64,000 bases of DNA from an uncultured Microbacterium sp. (GTDB lineage Bacteria; Actinomycetota; Actinomycetes; Actinomycetales; Microbacteriaceae), in contig NZ_CAMFHZ010000006.1 in assembly GCF_945952435.1 (NCBI RefSeq), positions 83,183 to 147,182 on the forward strand, written 5' to 3'. A program made the position numbers and the translations under genes. The notes below the pieces were generated by a model. That model searched no databases and was not told the DNA's origin. It worked only from the letters and a program-made list of their open reading frames with translations. The first letter of the stretch is position 1; every line of letters begins with the position of its first letter. This document shows, piece after piece, positions 41,987 to 51,667 of this stretch.

Positions 41987-43795
41987 TCAGCCGAGTCGCT
42001 CTGTGAGGTCGAACCAGCGGAGCTCGAGCTCCGAGACCTCGTCCTCCTGCGCCGTGATCGCCTTCATCCGCTCCCCCAGCCCCGCGTAGTCGGACTGGTC
42101 GTGGTCGGCGAGCGCGTGCTTCGCCTTCTCGACCTCGCCGTTCAGCTTCTCCATCCGCCGTTCGAGCGCCGCGAGCTCCTTCTCCGCGGCACGCCGATCC
42201 GCCCCGGTCAAGACGGCGCTGCCGGACGCGGCGGCGGGATCCGGGCGCCCTGCAGACGCGTCGGGGAGCTGTGCCCGCATCCGCAGATACTCATCGACGC
42301 CGCCCGGGAGATGCCGGAGACGCCCCGAGCCATCCGGTCCCGGAAGAATCGCGTACTGCTGATCCGTCACCCGCTCCAGGAAGTAGCGGTCGTGCGAGAC
42401 GACGAGCAGAGTGCCCGGCCAGGAGTCGAGCAGGTCCTCGATCGCGGCCAGCATGTCGGTGTCCATGTCGTTCGTCGGCTCGTCGAGGATCAGCACGTTC
42501 GGCTGGTCGAGCAGCACGAGCAGCAGCTGCAGGCGCCGCTGCTGACCGCCCGACAGATCCTTGACCGGAGTGGACAACTGCGCCGACGAGAAGCCCAACC
42601 GTTCGAGCAGCTGCCCCGGGGTGAGCTCGGCCGCCTTCGATCCCGTGCCGAAGGTGTAAGTCGTGCGGAGGCGCCCGATCACGACCCGCACGGGCTCGTC
42701 CCACACGTCCTGCAGCTCATCGAGGCGCTGTGTGAGCGTGCGCACCTGCACGGTCTTCCCGTGCTTGACCCGTCCGGAGGTCGGCGCGACCGTGCCGGAC
42801 ACGAGTCCCAGCAGCGTCGACTTCCCCGCACCGTTGACGCCGAGGATCCCGGTGCGCTCGCCCGGCGCGATCCGCCACTCGACGTCGCGGAGGACGTCCC
42901 TGTCCCCGAAGCGCACGCCCGCGTCGACGAGGTCGACGACGTCCTTGCCCAGGCGAGAGACGGCGAGCGACTGCAGAGCGATCCGATCGCGGATCTCCGG
43001 GACGTCGGAGATGAGCGCGTTGGCGGCGTCGATCCGGAACTTCGGCTTCGAGGTGCGGGCCGGGGCGCCGCGGCGCAGCCAGGCGAGCTCCTTGCGGGCG
43101 AGGTTCTGACGCTTCGCCTCCGTGGCGGCGGCCATGCGGTCGCGCTCGACGCGCTGCAGGATGTACGCGGCGTATCCGCCCTCGAAGGGCTCGACGATCC
43201 TGTCGTGCACCTCCCAGGTCTCCGTGCAGACCTCGTCGAGGAACCAGCGGTCGTGCGTCACGACGAGCAGGGCGCCCTGGTTCGCCGGCCAGCGCCTCTT
43301 GAGGTGAGCGGCGAGCCACGTGATGGCCTCGACGTCGAGGTGGTTGGTCGGCTCGTCGAGGGCGAGCACGTCCCAGTCGCCGGCGAGGAGCCGGGCGAGG
43401 GCGACGCGGCGCCGCTGGCCGCCGGACAGGTCCGCGACCGAGGCGTTCCAGTCGAGATCGCCGACGAGCCCCTCGATCACATCGCGGATCTTCGCGTCAC
43501 CGGCCCACTCGTGCTCCGGCGCCTCTCCGACGATGGTCCGCCCGACCGTGAGCGCATCGTCGAGCACGTCCGCCTGATCCAGGACGCCGATCGTGGTGCC
43601 TCCGCGCACGGTGACCCGGCCGCGGTCCGGCTCGCGCCGCCCGGCGAGCATCGCGAGGAGGCTGGACTTGCCGTCGCCGTTGCGGCCGACGATCCCGATC
43701 CGATCGCCCTCCTCGATCCCGAGGGTGAGGGAGTCGAAGACCACGCGGGTGGGGAACTCGAGGTGGAGGCCTTCGGCCCCGAGGAGATGTGCCAT
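41987..43795 (-). CDS. ABC-F family ATPase (Uup/EttA-like, no transmembrane domain)
   Basis: 602 aa. Two ABC cassettes (GRNGDGKSS and GVNGAGKST, with LSGGQRRRVALARL and LSGGQQRRLQLL) and a C-terminal coiled-coil. Confidence 0.9.
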   Translation of the reverse strand: MAHLLGAEGLHLEFPTRVVFDSLTLGIEEGDRIGIVGRNGDGKSSLLAMLAGRREPDRGRVTVRGGTTIGVLDQADVLDDALTVGRTIVGEAPEHEWAGDAKIRDVIEGLVGDLDWNASVADLSGGQRRRVALARLLAGDWDVLALDEPTNHLDVEAITWLAAHLKRRWPANQGALLVVTHDRWFLDEVCTETWEVHDRIVEPFEGGYAAYILQRVERDRMAAATEAKRQNLARKELAWLRRGAPARTSKPKFRIDAANALISDVPEIRDRIALQSLAVSRLGKDVVDLVDAGVRFGDRDVLRDVEWRIAPGERTGILGVNGAGKSTLLGLVSGTVAPTSGRVKHGKTVQVRTLTQRLDELQDVWDEPVRVVIGRLRTTYTFGTGSKAAELTPGQLLERLGFSSAQLSTPVKDLSGGQQRRLQLLLVLLDQPNVLILDEPTNDMDTDMLAAIEDLLDSWPGTLLVVSHDRYFLERVTDQQYAILPGPDGSGRLRHLPGGVDEYLRMRAQLPDASAGRPDPAAASGSAVLTGADRRAAEKELAALERRMEKLNGEVEKAKHALADHDQSDYAGLGERMKAITAQEDEVSELELRWFDLTERLG

Positions 43796-43914
43796 GTCCG
43801 TACCAGGCTAGTCGTGCCGTGCTCGGCGCTCTCCGTGCACGGGCGAGTCCGGTACGGTCGGGGAGTGCGCGCCGATGCGATGATCAAGCCCCGCGGCCGC
43901 AGGATGAAGGTGGT

Positions 43915-45282
43915 ATGAACGTTTCGCGTCACTCGTCGGAACGAGCGCGTTTCTCCGTGAGCCTGCTTCTCGTCGCGGCCGTGGTCGTCGCAGGCGCGTA
44001 CATCACCTGGGCCCGCCTTCCCGCCGAGCATCGCCGTAGGCCGTGGGCGGAGGACGCGAACGTCTTCCTCTTCGACGCCGTTCGCCACGGCCCTTGGAAC
44101 GTGGTCGTCGAGGGCTACGCGGGGTATCAGCATCTCATCCCTCGTCTCGTCATCGCAGCCATCTATCCATTCTTCGACATCGTTCGATACCCGATGCTCG
44201 TCTTCGCCATCTGTTCCGTACTCACAGGACTCGCCGCCGCTGCGGTTCTCTGGCTCGCGCGGGACCTCGTGCCGTGGCTGCCCGCGCGATTGACGCTCGC
44301 CACGATCACCGTGCTCCTTCCCTTGTCCGCTCAAGAGACCGTCGGGAATCTCGCCGACCTGCACGTCTACGCGATGTGGCTCGCGCCGTGGCTACTCCTG
44401 TACAGACCGCGCAAGTGGAGCACAAGCGCGGGCTGGGCCGTCGTCACCTTCCTCGTGGTCATGACGGAAGTACAGGCGGTCTTCTTTCTCTGGATCATCG
44501 CATTCCGGCTTCGCCGCGCCGAAGTACGAGCCTTTCCGATCTTTGCGGCGTATCTCTCGGGCGCCGCGTGGCAGATCGTCACTGCTCTCCTCGTCTCCCG
44601 CCCTCCCGGTGAAGGACCGCTGAGCATCGGCTCGACCACGCTTGGATGGATGATCAACACGGTGATCCCCATAGTGCAAGCGGACCCAGACGCGGTCCGA
44701 GCGATCATCCGGACGTCGGGCGTTCTCCTTGCCTGGCTGATCCTCATCCCGATCGTCGTCGCTGCGGGCGTCGTCTTTTGGAAAGGCGCGACCGCGCAGC
44801 GCGTGCTCACCGCCGCTCTGTTGTTGGGCTCCGCGGCAACCTACACCGGCAGCGTCTGGGCGAACAGCTCGAACGCCTTCCGCTATGCCGAAGTCGGCCT
44901 GGAGCACATCGATGCGCTTGCGGTGAACATACGGTACGGCGTCCCGTCCGGCATGTTCCTGATCGCTGTCATCCCGGTCGCTGCCGCAGTCCTCGTGGAT
45001 CGCGCACGGGACGCCCCTGCATCCGAGCACCGAACGTCGACACGCGTGCATCTGACGGCGGCCATTGCCGCGATCTGCTGCAGCGCCCTGATCGTCCTTC
45101 TTTGGCATGGGTCCCTTCATGTCTTCTCGCTCCGCACGACGGTCCCCGAATGGCCGACCGCCGCGCGCGCGGCGATTGACGAATGCCAGTCTGTGTCGCC
45201 GCCGACCACCGTCACGCTTCCGGTGGCCCCGTGGCGATCCGTGACGCTTTCCTGTCACGAGCTGCTTGCCGTGCATCGATGA
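43915..45282 (+). CDS. Polytopic integral membrane protein of unknown function (possibly GT-C-like)
   Basis: Lies in ORF 43789..45282(+), from MNVSRHS (ATG 43915). At least 10 hydrophobic segments. Sampled lines have lower GC (about 48-68%) than neighbouring genes. Confidence 0.65.
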   Translation: MNVSRHSSERARFSVSLLLVAAVVVAGAYITWARLPAEHRRRPWAEDANVFLFDAVRHGPWNVVVEGYAGYQHLIPRLVIAAIYPFFDIVRYPMLVFAICSVLTGLAAAAVLWLARDLVPWLPARLTLATITVLLPLSAQETVGNLADLHVYAMWLAPWLLLYRPRKWSTSAGWAVVTFLVVMTEVQAVFFLWIIAFRLRRAEVRAFPIFAAYLSGAAWQIVTALLVSRPPGEGPLSIGSTTLGWMINTVIPIVQADPDAVRAIIRTSGVLLAWLILIPIVVAAGVVFWKGATAQRVLTAALLLGSAATYTGSVWANSSNAFRYAEVGLEHIDALAVNIRYGVPSGMFLIAVIPVAAAVLVDRARDAPASEHRTSTRVHLTAAIAAICCSALIVLLWHGSLHVFSLRTTVPEWPTAARAAIDECQSVSPPTTVTLPVAPWRSVTLSCHELLAVHR

Positions 45283-46352
45283 CGATCGCGTTTCCCGAAG
45301 GGGAATCCGCGGGCCTGCGATCCGAGCCCTCGCCCGTCGAAAGCGGCGGCTCCCTGACGCACGAGAAACGTCCTCTCTTGAAGGGCGCCGCCCATCCGCT
45401 GACCGCGTCGCCGGTCGATCTGGCCACGCGGCTGCCGGAGGGCCTGACGCTCGACGCGGCACAGCGCGCCGCCGCGCAGGCGTTGGACGCGCCGCACCGG
45501 CACGGCGTCTATCTGTACGGCCCCGTGGGCCGGGGAAAGACCGTGCTCGCGGAGGCGTACCTCGACGCCCTCCCGACGCGACGCCGACGGCGCGTGCACA
45601 TGCACGACTTCTTCCGCGACCTGCAGGGATCCCTCGGCGCCGACCGCATCCCGCTCCCCCAGGCGCTGGACCGCTTGGTCGGGCGGACACGCGTGCTGCT
45701 GTTCGACGAGTTCCACGTGGACGACGTCGCCGACGCCGTGTACCTCGCCGCGACCGTCCAGCACGTGCGGGAGCGCGGGATCCTCCTCGTCGCCACCTCG
45801 AACGAGACGCCGGCGGAGCTCCTTCCCGGGGTCTGGCACGAACGCTTCGTCCCGACGATCGACCTCATCGAGCGCCATCTGGACGTCATCCCGATCGGCG
45901 AGGGCGCCGACTACCGGCGCACCGACGCGGGACGACCCGCGATCGGTTTCGCGGCGGGGTCGTGGATCGTCGCGGATCCCGGCGAGCAGCCGCCGCCGAC
46001 GCTCCTCGCCGCGGACGGCGGAATAGAGATCCCCGTCCGCGCGCAGGACGGGGATCGCATCGTCGCGTCGTTCGACGACCTGTGCCGCTCGCCGCTCGGA
46101 ACGGCACAGTATCTGTGGCTCGCCGAGCGCGCCACAGGGCTGCGCCTCGTGGACGTGCCCGACCTGTCCGGCGCCGACAGGGAGGCGCTGCTCCGGTTCT
46201 GCCATCTCGTCGACGTGCTGCACGATCGCGACGTGCGCCTCGACGTGCGCGCCGCCGCCCCGGCCGAGAGCATGAGCTCGGCGGCGGTCCCTCCGCGGGC
46301 GCTCCAGCGCACCCTCAGCCGCCTTGCGATGCTCGCGCGCGGGACGGCCTGA
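45279..46352 (+). CDS. zapE: AFG1/ZapE-family AAA-type ATPase
   Basis: Lies in ORF 45183..46352(+), from MTIAFPEG (ATG 45279), in ATGA overlap with the upstream stop. Walker A GPVGRGKTV, Walker B LLFDEFHVDD, SN sensor VATSNE. Confidence 0.75.
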   Translation: MTIAFPEGESAGLRSEPSPVESGGSLTHEKRPLLKGAAHPLTASPVDLATRLPEGLTLDAAQRAAAQALDAPHRHGVYLYGPVGRGKTVLAEAYLDALPTRRRRRVHMHDFFRDLQGSLGADRIPLPQALDRLVGRTRVLLFDEFHVDDVADAVYLAATVQHVRERGILLVATSNETPAELLPGVWHERFVPTIDLIERHLDVIPIGEGADYRRTDAGRPAIGFAAGSWIVADPGEQPPPTLLAADGGIEIPVRAQDGDRIVASFDDLCRSPLGTAQYLWLAERATGLRLVDVPDLSGADREALLRFCHLVDVLHDRDVRLDVRAAAPAESMSSAAVPPRALQRTLSRLAMLARGTA

Positions 46353-46382
46353 CGGAGGAACGCCCGACCACCCGGCGTCCGG

Positions 46383-47153
46383 TCACTCGGCCGTCCGCAG
46401 GTGGACGACGTCGCCCGCGGACACGCGGCGCTCGACGCCGTCGACCCGCACGACGAGCGCGCCGTCCGGGGCGAGCGCCGTCGCCTCCCCGAGGAGCTCG
46501 GCATCGCCGGGGAGAACCACGCGCACCCGGCGTCCGAGCGTCACACAGCGTTCCGCCACCGCGGCGTGCAGGCCGCTCGCGACCGCGGAGCCGTGCTCGA
46601 TGAGACCGGCGACGGCCGCGTCGAGTCGCGCGAGGTACCCCGCCACGAGCAGATCCAGATCGGGCTCGACGCCCTCCGCGGCGAACGACGTCGCGGTCGG
46701 GACGGGCAGCTGCTCGGGCGTCATCGCCGTGTTGACACCCGAGCCGACGACGACGACGTCGGCTCCTACCGCCTCCGCGAGGATCCCGCAGATCTTGCGA
46801 TCGCCGACGAGCACGTCGTTGGGCCACTTCAGCCCGACCGCCGCCCGGCCGAGCTGCGCGGCGATCGCCTCCGCCATCGCCAGCCCTGCCGCGAGCGGGA
46901 TCCAGCCCCGCTCCGAGACCGGCACACCGCCGACCCGCAGCAGCACGGAGAGCGCGATCGCCGATCCCGCCGGCGCCGTCCACACGCGGTCCAGGCGTCC
47001 CCGCCCCGCCACCTGGTCCTCGGTGAGCAGGGCCGAGAGGTGAGGCCAGCCCACGACGTCCCCCGCATGTGCGCGCAGGTCGGCGTTCGTGGATCCGGTG
47101 GACGGGACGATCTCGAGACGGGAGGCGGCCGCGGCGCTGTGCGGGAAGGTCAT
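46383..47153 (-). CDS. birA: Biotin--[acetyl-CoA-carboxylase] ligase (class I, no HTH)
   Basis: 256 aa. [12 protein letters not shown] (GRGRxxR biotin motif) and KWPNDVL. Confidence 0.9.
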   Translation of the reverse strand: MTFPHSAAAASRLEIVPSTGSTNADLRAHAGDVVGWPHLSALLTEDQVAGRGRLDRVWTAPAGSAIALSVLLRVGGVPVSERGWIPLAAGLAMAEAIAAQLGRAAVGLKWPNDVLVGDRKICGILAEAVGADVVVVGSGVNTAMTPEQLPVPTATSFAAEGVEPDLDLLVAGYLARLDAAVAGLIEHGSAVASGLHAAVAERCVTLGRRVRVVLPGDAELLGEATALAPDGALVVRVDGVERRVSAGDVVHLRTAE

Positions 47154-47297
47154 GCGGTCACCCTAGTCCGACCGCCGCGTCGTCCTCCGACGGCCGGAAC
47201 GCGCCCCTCGGAATCAGAGAGGGGGCACAGAGGAACGGCGATCGGGTTGTGCCGGTCATCCAAGTCGTGCACGGGACCCGGCGCTAGTGTGGGAAGC

Positions 47298-48887
47298 GTG
47301 ACGGACACGCCTGACCTCTACACCACCGCCGGCAAGCTCGCCGATCTCCGCGCCCGCTACGAGGAGGCCGTGGTCGCCCCCGAAGCCGCCGCGCGCGACA
47401 AGCAGCACGCGAAGGGCAAGATGACCGCCCGCGAGCGCATCGAGCTGCTCGTCGATCCCGGCAGCTTCGTCGAGTTCGACGAGTACGTGCGCCACCGCAC
47501 CACCGCGTTCGGCATGGACAAGAACCGCCCCTACGGCGACTCCGTCGTCACCGGGGTGGGAACGATCAACGGCCGCACCGTGGCCGTCTACTCCCAGGAC
47601 TTCACGACGTTCGGCGGCTCCCTCGGCGAGGTGTCGGGCGACAAGATCATCAAGATCATGGAGTTCGCGCTGCGCAGCGGCGTGCCCATCATCGGCATCC
47701 TCGACTCCGGCGGCGCGCGCATCCAGGAGGGCGTGCTCGCTCTCAGCAAGTACGGCGAGATCTTCCGTCTCAACACCCGCTCCTCCGGCGTGATCCCGCA
47801 GATCTCGATCATCATGGGTCCGGCGGCGGGCGGCGCCGTGTACGGCCCCGCGCTGACCGACTTCGTGATCATGGTGGACAAGACGAGCCAGATGTTCGTC
47901 ACCGGCCCCGACGTCATCAAGACCGTGACCGGCGAGGACGTCGGCATGGAGGAACTGGGCGGCGCCTACACGCACAACACGCGGTCAGGGGTCGCGCACT
48001 ATCTCGCGGAGGACGAGGACGACGCGATCGACTACGCGCGGACGCTGCTCGGCTTCCTTCCGGACAACAACATGGCGGAGCTGCCGTCCTACTCCTCGAC
48101 GTTCGAGTTCGAGACGACGGACGCGGACCGCGAGCTCAACGTCCTCATCCCGGACTCCCCCAACCAGCCCTACGACATCCACACCGTGATCGAGCACGTC
48201 GTCGACGACGGGGACTTCATCGAGGTGCAGCCGCTGTTCGCCCCGAACATCGTGATCGGCTTCGGCCGGATCGAGGGGCGCTCGGTCGGCATCATCGCCA
48301 ACCAGCCCTCGCAGATGGCGGGGACGCTGAACATCGAGGCCGGCGAGAAGGCCAGCCGTTTCGTGCGCTTCTGCGACGCGTTCTCGGTGCCGATCGTGAC
48401 ACTCGTCGACGTGCCGGGCTACCTGCCGGGAACCGACCAGGAGTGGACCGGTGTGATCCGCCGCGGCGCCAAGCTCATCTACGCCTACGCCGAGGCCACG
48501 GTGCCGCTGGTGACCGTGATCCTGCGCAAGGCCTACGGAGGCGCGTACATCGTGATGGGCTCCAAGCAGCTCGGCGCCGACGTGAACCTGGCCTGGCCGA
48601 CGGCGGAGATCGCCGTGATGGGCGGCCAGGGGGCGGTCAACATCCTCTACCGCAACGAGATCAAGAGGGCCGAGGAGGCGGGCGAGGACGTCGCCGCCGT
48701 GCGCACCCGACTCGCGAACGAGTACACGTACAGCGTCACGAGCCCGTTCCTCGCCGCAGAGCGCGGCGAGATCGACGGTGTCATCGAGCCCGCGACCACC
48801 CGCGTCGCGATCGCCAAGGCGCTGCGCGCGTTGCGTGGCAAGCGGGCGGAGCAGCCGCCGAAGAAGCACGGGAACATCCCGCTGTGA
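47298..48887 (+). CDS. accD5: Acyl-CoA (propionyl/acetyl-CoA) carboxylase carboxyltransferase beta subunit
   Basis: Lies in ORF 46401..48887(+), from GTG 47298 ([17 protein letters not shown]). Canonical carboxyltransferase blocks ([29 protein letters not shown]). Confidence 0.9.
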   Translation: MTDTPDLYTTAGKLADLRARYEEAVVAPEAAARDKQHAKGKMTARERIELLVDPGSFVEFDEYVRHRTTAFGMDKNRPYGDSVVTGVGTINGRTVAVYSQDFTTFGGSLGEVSGDKIIKIMEFALRSGVPIIGILDSGGARIQEGVLALSKYGEIFRLNTRSSGVIPQISIIMGPAAGGAVYGPALTDFVIMVDKTSQMFVTGPDVIKTVTGEDVGMEELGGAYTHNTRSGVAHYLAEDEDDAIDYARTLLGFLPDNNMAELPSYSSTFEFETTDADRELNVLIPDSPNQPYDIHTVIEHVVDDGDFIEVQPLFAPNIVIGFGRIEGRSVGIIANQPSQMAGTLNIEAGEKASRFVRFCDAFSVPIVTLVDVPGYLPGTDQEWTGVIRRGAKLIYAYAEATVPLVTVILRKAYGGAYIVMGSKQLGADVNLAWPTAEIAVMGGQGAVNILYRNEIKRAEEAGEDVAAVRTRLANEYTYSVTSPFLAAERGEIDGVIEPATTRVAIAKALRALRGKRAEQPPKKHGNIPL

Positions 48888-49108
48888 GCGCGGAGGAATC
48901 GCCCGCGGCCGTCGAGATCCAGGTGCTCCGCGGCACGGCGTCGGAGGAGGAGCTGGCGGCTCTCATCGCCGTGCTCTCGGACGCCTATCTCGCGGAGGAG
49001 GCCGACGCCGTGGCCGCGGAACGTCGCGTCTCCGTGTGGGAACGCAACCAGCGGGGATTGCGCTCCCCTCTGCGCCGGGACATTCCCTGGGGACGCTTTT
49101 CCGGCTGA
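48884..49108 (+). CDS. Acyl-CoA carboxylase epsilon subunit
   Basis: GTG 48884 overlaps the beta-subunit stop. 74 aa, [19 protein letters not shown] ... WERNQRGLR, typical of AccE. Confidence 0.75.
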   Translation: MSAEESPAAVEIQVLRGTASEEELAALIAVLSDAYLAEEADAVAAERRVSVWERNQRGLRSPLRRDIPWGRFSG

Positions 49109-49274
49109 TCCCGGCACATTTCCCGGAGCGATCGGAACGTTCTTCGCCTGGATCCGGATTTGTCCCCCGAAATACCTACATACACCTGAACGGCGTTTCG
49201 GAATACTTTTTCTTGCAACGCTTCGCGTTCGGCCGGATCTCTGCCACAGGGTAGGCAGACGATCTCCGGTCTCT

Positions 49275-49339
49275 GCGGAACGGTTTTCGGGTAACTGTTC
49301 CGCACTGGCGAGGGGCCGGCGATCACGCCGCCCCTCGCC
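49275..49339 (+). terminator. Two consecutive hairpins in a long convergent spacer (possible terminator of a + strand transcript)
   Basis: gcggaac (49275-49281) pairs with gttccgc (49297-49303). ggcgagggg (49307-49315) pairs with cccctcgcc (49331-49339), followed by cttt. Confidence 0.35.
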
Positions 49340-49426
49340 CTTTCCGTTCCCGGGCACCGAACGCGCGCGCACGAGCACGCGCGGCGCGCTCGCGGCCACG
49401 GGGGCGCGAACGGCTGCGCGGGGCGC

Positions 49427-50422
49427 TCAGCGCGGGATCTCGTGCCAGAGCTCGACGGAATCGTCGTCCGAGGACTGTCCCGCGGCGGATCGGCCGACGA
49501 CGGTGACCGCCACCCGCTCGTCCTTGGGCGCGCGAATGATGAGACGCGCGGACGTGGCCTCCGCGAGCACGTCGGCGAGTTCCTCCCTCACCCTGACCTT
49601 CACGGCCTCGTCGAGACCGGCGAGCCCGCCGTCGTCGAAGACCGTGACGGCGGCGCCGCGGGCTCGCGCGATCGCGATCGTCTCCCGCGCACGGTCGTTG
49701 AGCAGCTCCCCGCCGCGCATCTCGTCGCGCAGGCGGCCCTCCGCGAGGTGGGCGACGCGGCGCTCCTCGGCCGAGAGGTTCCCCCGGGTCTCGATCACCC
49801 TGCTGAGGCTGGGGCCGGCCGCGTGCAGCGCGTACTGCACGCGTTCGCGTCGCTCGCGCTGTCGCACGGCCTGCGTGGCGTGCCACGCCGAGGCGTCCTG
49901 CTGCACGAGGGCGAGGCGGTCCGTGTCGCGCACGGCACGCCCCCAGAAGCCCACCAGCAGCTGGGCGATCACCATCCAGACGATCGAGCCGACGAGGCCG
50001 AGGCCGAGGGCATCGGGAAGCCCGATCCATCCCGCGGCGGACAGCGTGAGCACGGCCAGCACGATCCACCCGATCGTGGGCCGTCGTCGCACCACGCAGA
50101 CCACGCCGATGAGACCCACGGAGCCGATGTACCAGGTGGCGTAAGGAGCGCGCAGGGTCTCCGGGGAGAGCCCGAGGTTGGTGAGCTCGGGGATCGCCGC
50201 GGCGGCGAGCAGGGCGATCACCGCCGCCCAGGCGGGCATGCGCACCTCGGCCGCGGAGCCGACGAGGGAGATGGTGGCGATGGTGGCGAGGAAGGTGAGG
50301 ACAGAGAGGAGCACGAGCACCGGTCGTGCCGGAATCGTGGTCCACCAGACGGCCCTCGCCGCGAAGTAGAGGGAGAAGATCAGGGCGAGTCCGGTCGCCA
50401 CCGTGCGGACGGTCAGCTTCAT
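49427..50422 (-). CDS. Polytopic membrane protein with a degenerate histidine-kinase-like cytoplasmic domain
   Basis: Lies in ORF 49427..51406(-), from MKLTVRTVA (ATG 50422), in ATGA overlap with the HK stop. About 6 TMs. RRERVQYALHAAGPSLSRV resembles the neighbouring HK H-box region (HERVAVAALMHDSVLAAL). I saw no N/G1/G2 ATPase boxes. Confidence 0.6.
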   Translation of the reverse strand: MKLTVRTVATGLALIFSLYFAARAVWWTTIPARPVLVLLSVLTFLATIATISLVGSAAEVRMPAWAAVIALLAAAAIPELTNLGLSPETLRAPYATWYIGSVGLIGVVCVVRRRPTIGWIVLAVLTLSAAGWIGLPDALGLGLVGSIVWMVIAQLLVGFWGRAVRDTDRLALVQQDASAWHATQAVRQRERRERVQYALHAAGPSLSRVIETRGNLSAEERRVAHLAEGRLRDEMRGGELLNDRARETIAIARARGAAVTVFDDGGLAGLDEAVKVRVREELADVLAEATSARLIIRAPKDERVAVTVVGRSAAGQSSDDDSVELWHEIPR

Positions 50423-51648
50423 ATCCGTGCCCACCTCAGCGTCACCGTCGTGCCTCCGCTCCCGGAATCGATGGTCGCCGATCCGCCGACGGCCGCCATC
50501 CGGGCGATGATCGAGCCGCGGATCCCCAGCCGGTCCGGACGCACCTGGGACGGATCGAATCCGCCGCCGGTGTCGCGCACCGTCACCTTCGTGCCGCCTT
50601 CGCCGATGCCCTCGACGACGACCGCGAGGCCGCGGGCGCCGGCATGGGCGACCGCGTTGCTGATCGCCTGGCGCGCGGCGAGCGCCATCGCACGGGCGAT
50701 CCGGTCGGGCACCGTGCCCTGTCCGTGGCACTGCACGTCGGCGGTGACGCCCAGCTGCTCGATCGCGAGACGCAGATCCTCGGCGATGAGCTCGATCCGC
50801 ACCGGCTCCTCGTTGCCTTCCTGGGTCGGCGCCTCCGCGTTCGCGAGCCGGGTCAGCGCCTCGCGGGCCATCTCGACGGCGAGGTGCCGCGCACGGTCCG
50901 TGCTGGCGCGCTCGGCCGCGATCAGCGCCGCCAGGACGCTGTCGTGCATGAGCGCCGCGACCGCGACGCGCTCGTGCTCCGCCGCCTCGGCCGCGGCGGC
51001 CGCGGTGTAGAGGGCGACGGCCCGCTCCCTCGCGTCGTCGACACCGCTCGCCACGGAGCGGAACATCCAGCCGAGCCCGACGAGCACGAGGCCCAGGATC
51101 AGGGTGAAAGAGACGTCGAACGCGGTGACGATCCAGAATTCGGGGCGGAAGTCGCCCTGGATGAGGCGGATCGTGCCGTATAGGAACGGGCCGAACACGG
51201 CCCAGGCGACCTGGACCCGGAGGGGGAAGGCGACGACCGCCGCCACGCCGGCGACGTTGACGAGGAAGAAGATCCAGGGCTGGTCCGCCGGCTGCACGCC
51301 CGGACCCCGGCTCGCGACGACCGGCCACAGCACGAGGACCCCGATGTAGGCGATGAAGAACAGTCCCGCGGCCACCCGCGCCCCGCGCCCGATCACGCAG
51401 CAGCACAGCATCGCGAGCCAGGGGCCGAACACGAGGGCGAGCAGGGCGAGGTGCGGGAGATCCGGACGGGTCATCTTGACCAGCGCGTTGATGAGCGCCT
51501 GGGCACCGAGCGCGAACGCGCCGACGCCCACGACGATCATGATGATGCGCTCCATGCGACGGCCGGTGAAGCGCTCGAACTCCTGGCCGACCTCCTTGGG
51601 CGTCGAGACGTGCTCCCAGGCCTCGCGCAATCCCTGATCGGCGGACAT
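50419..51648 (-). CDS. Sensor histidine kinase (HisKA_3 / NarL-partner type), polytopic
   Basis: Lies in ORF 50419..51726(-), from MSADQGL (ATG 51648). H-box ALMHDSVLAAL, N-box ISNAVAHA, G-boxes RDTGGGF and GIRGS. Confidence 0.85.
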   Translation of the reverse strand: MSADQGLREAWEHVSTPKEVGQEFERFTGRRMERIIMIVVGVGAFALGAQALINALVKMTRPDLPHLALLALVFGPWLAMLCCCVIGRGARVAAGLFFIAYIGVLVLWPVVASRGPGVQPADQPWIFFLVNVAGVAAVVAFPLRVQVAWAVFGPFLYGTIRLIQGDFRPEFWIVTAFDVSFTLILGLVLVGLGWMFRSVASGVDDARERAVALYTAAAAAEAAEHERVAVAALMHDSVLAALIAAERASTDRARHLAVEMAREALTRLANAEAPTQEGNEEPVRIELIAEDLRLAIEQLGVTADVQCHGQGTVPDRIARAMALAARQAISNAVAHAGARGLAVVVEGIGEGGTKVTVRDTGGGFDPSQVRPDRLGIRGSIIARMAAVGGSATIDSGSGGTTVTLRWARI

Positions 51649-51667
51649 GTCGTTCAGCCGATCCGGT

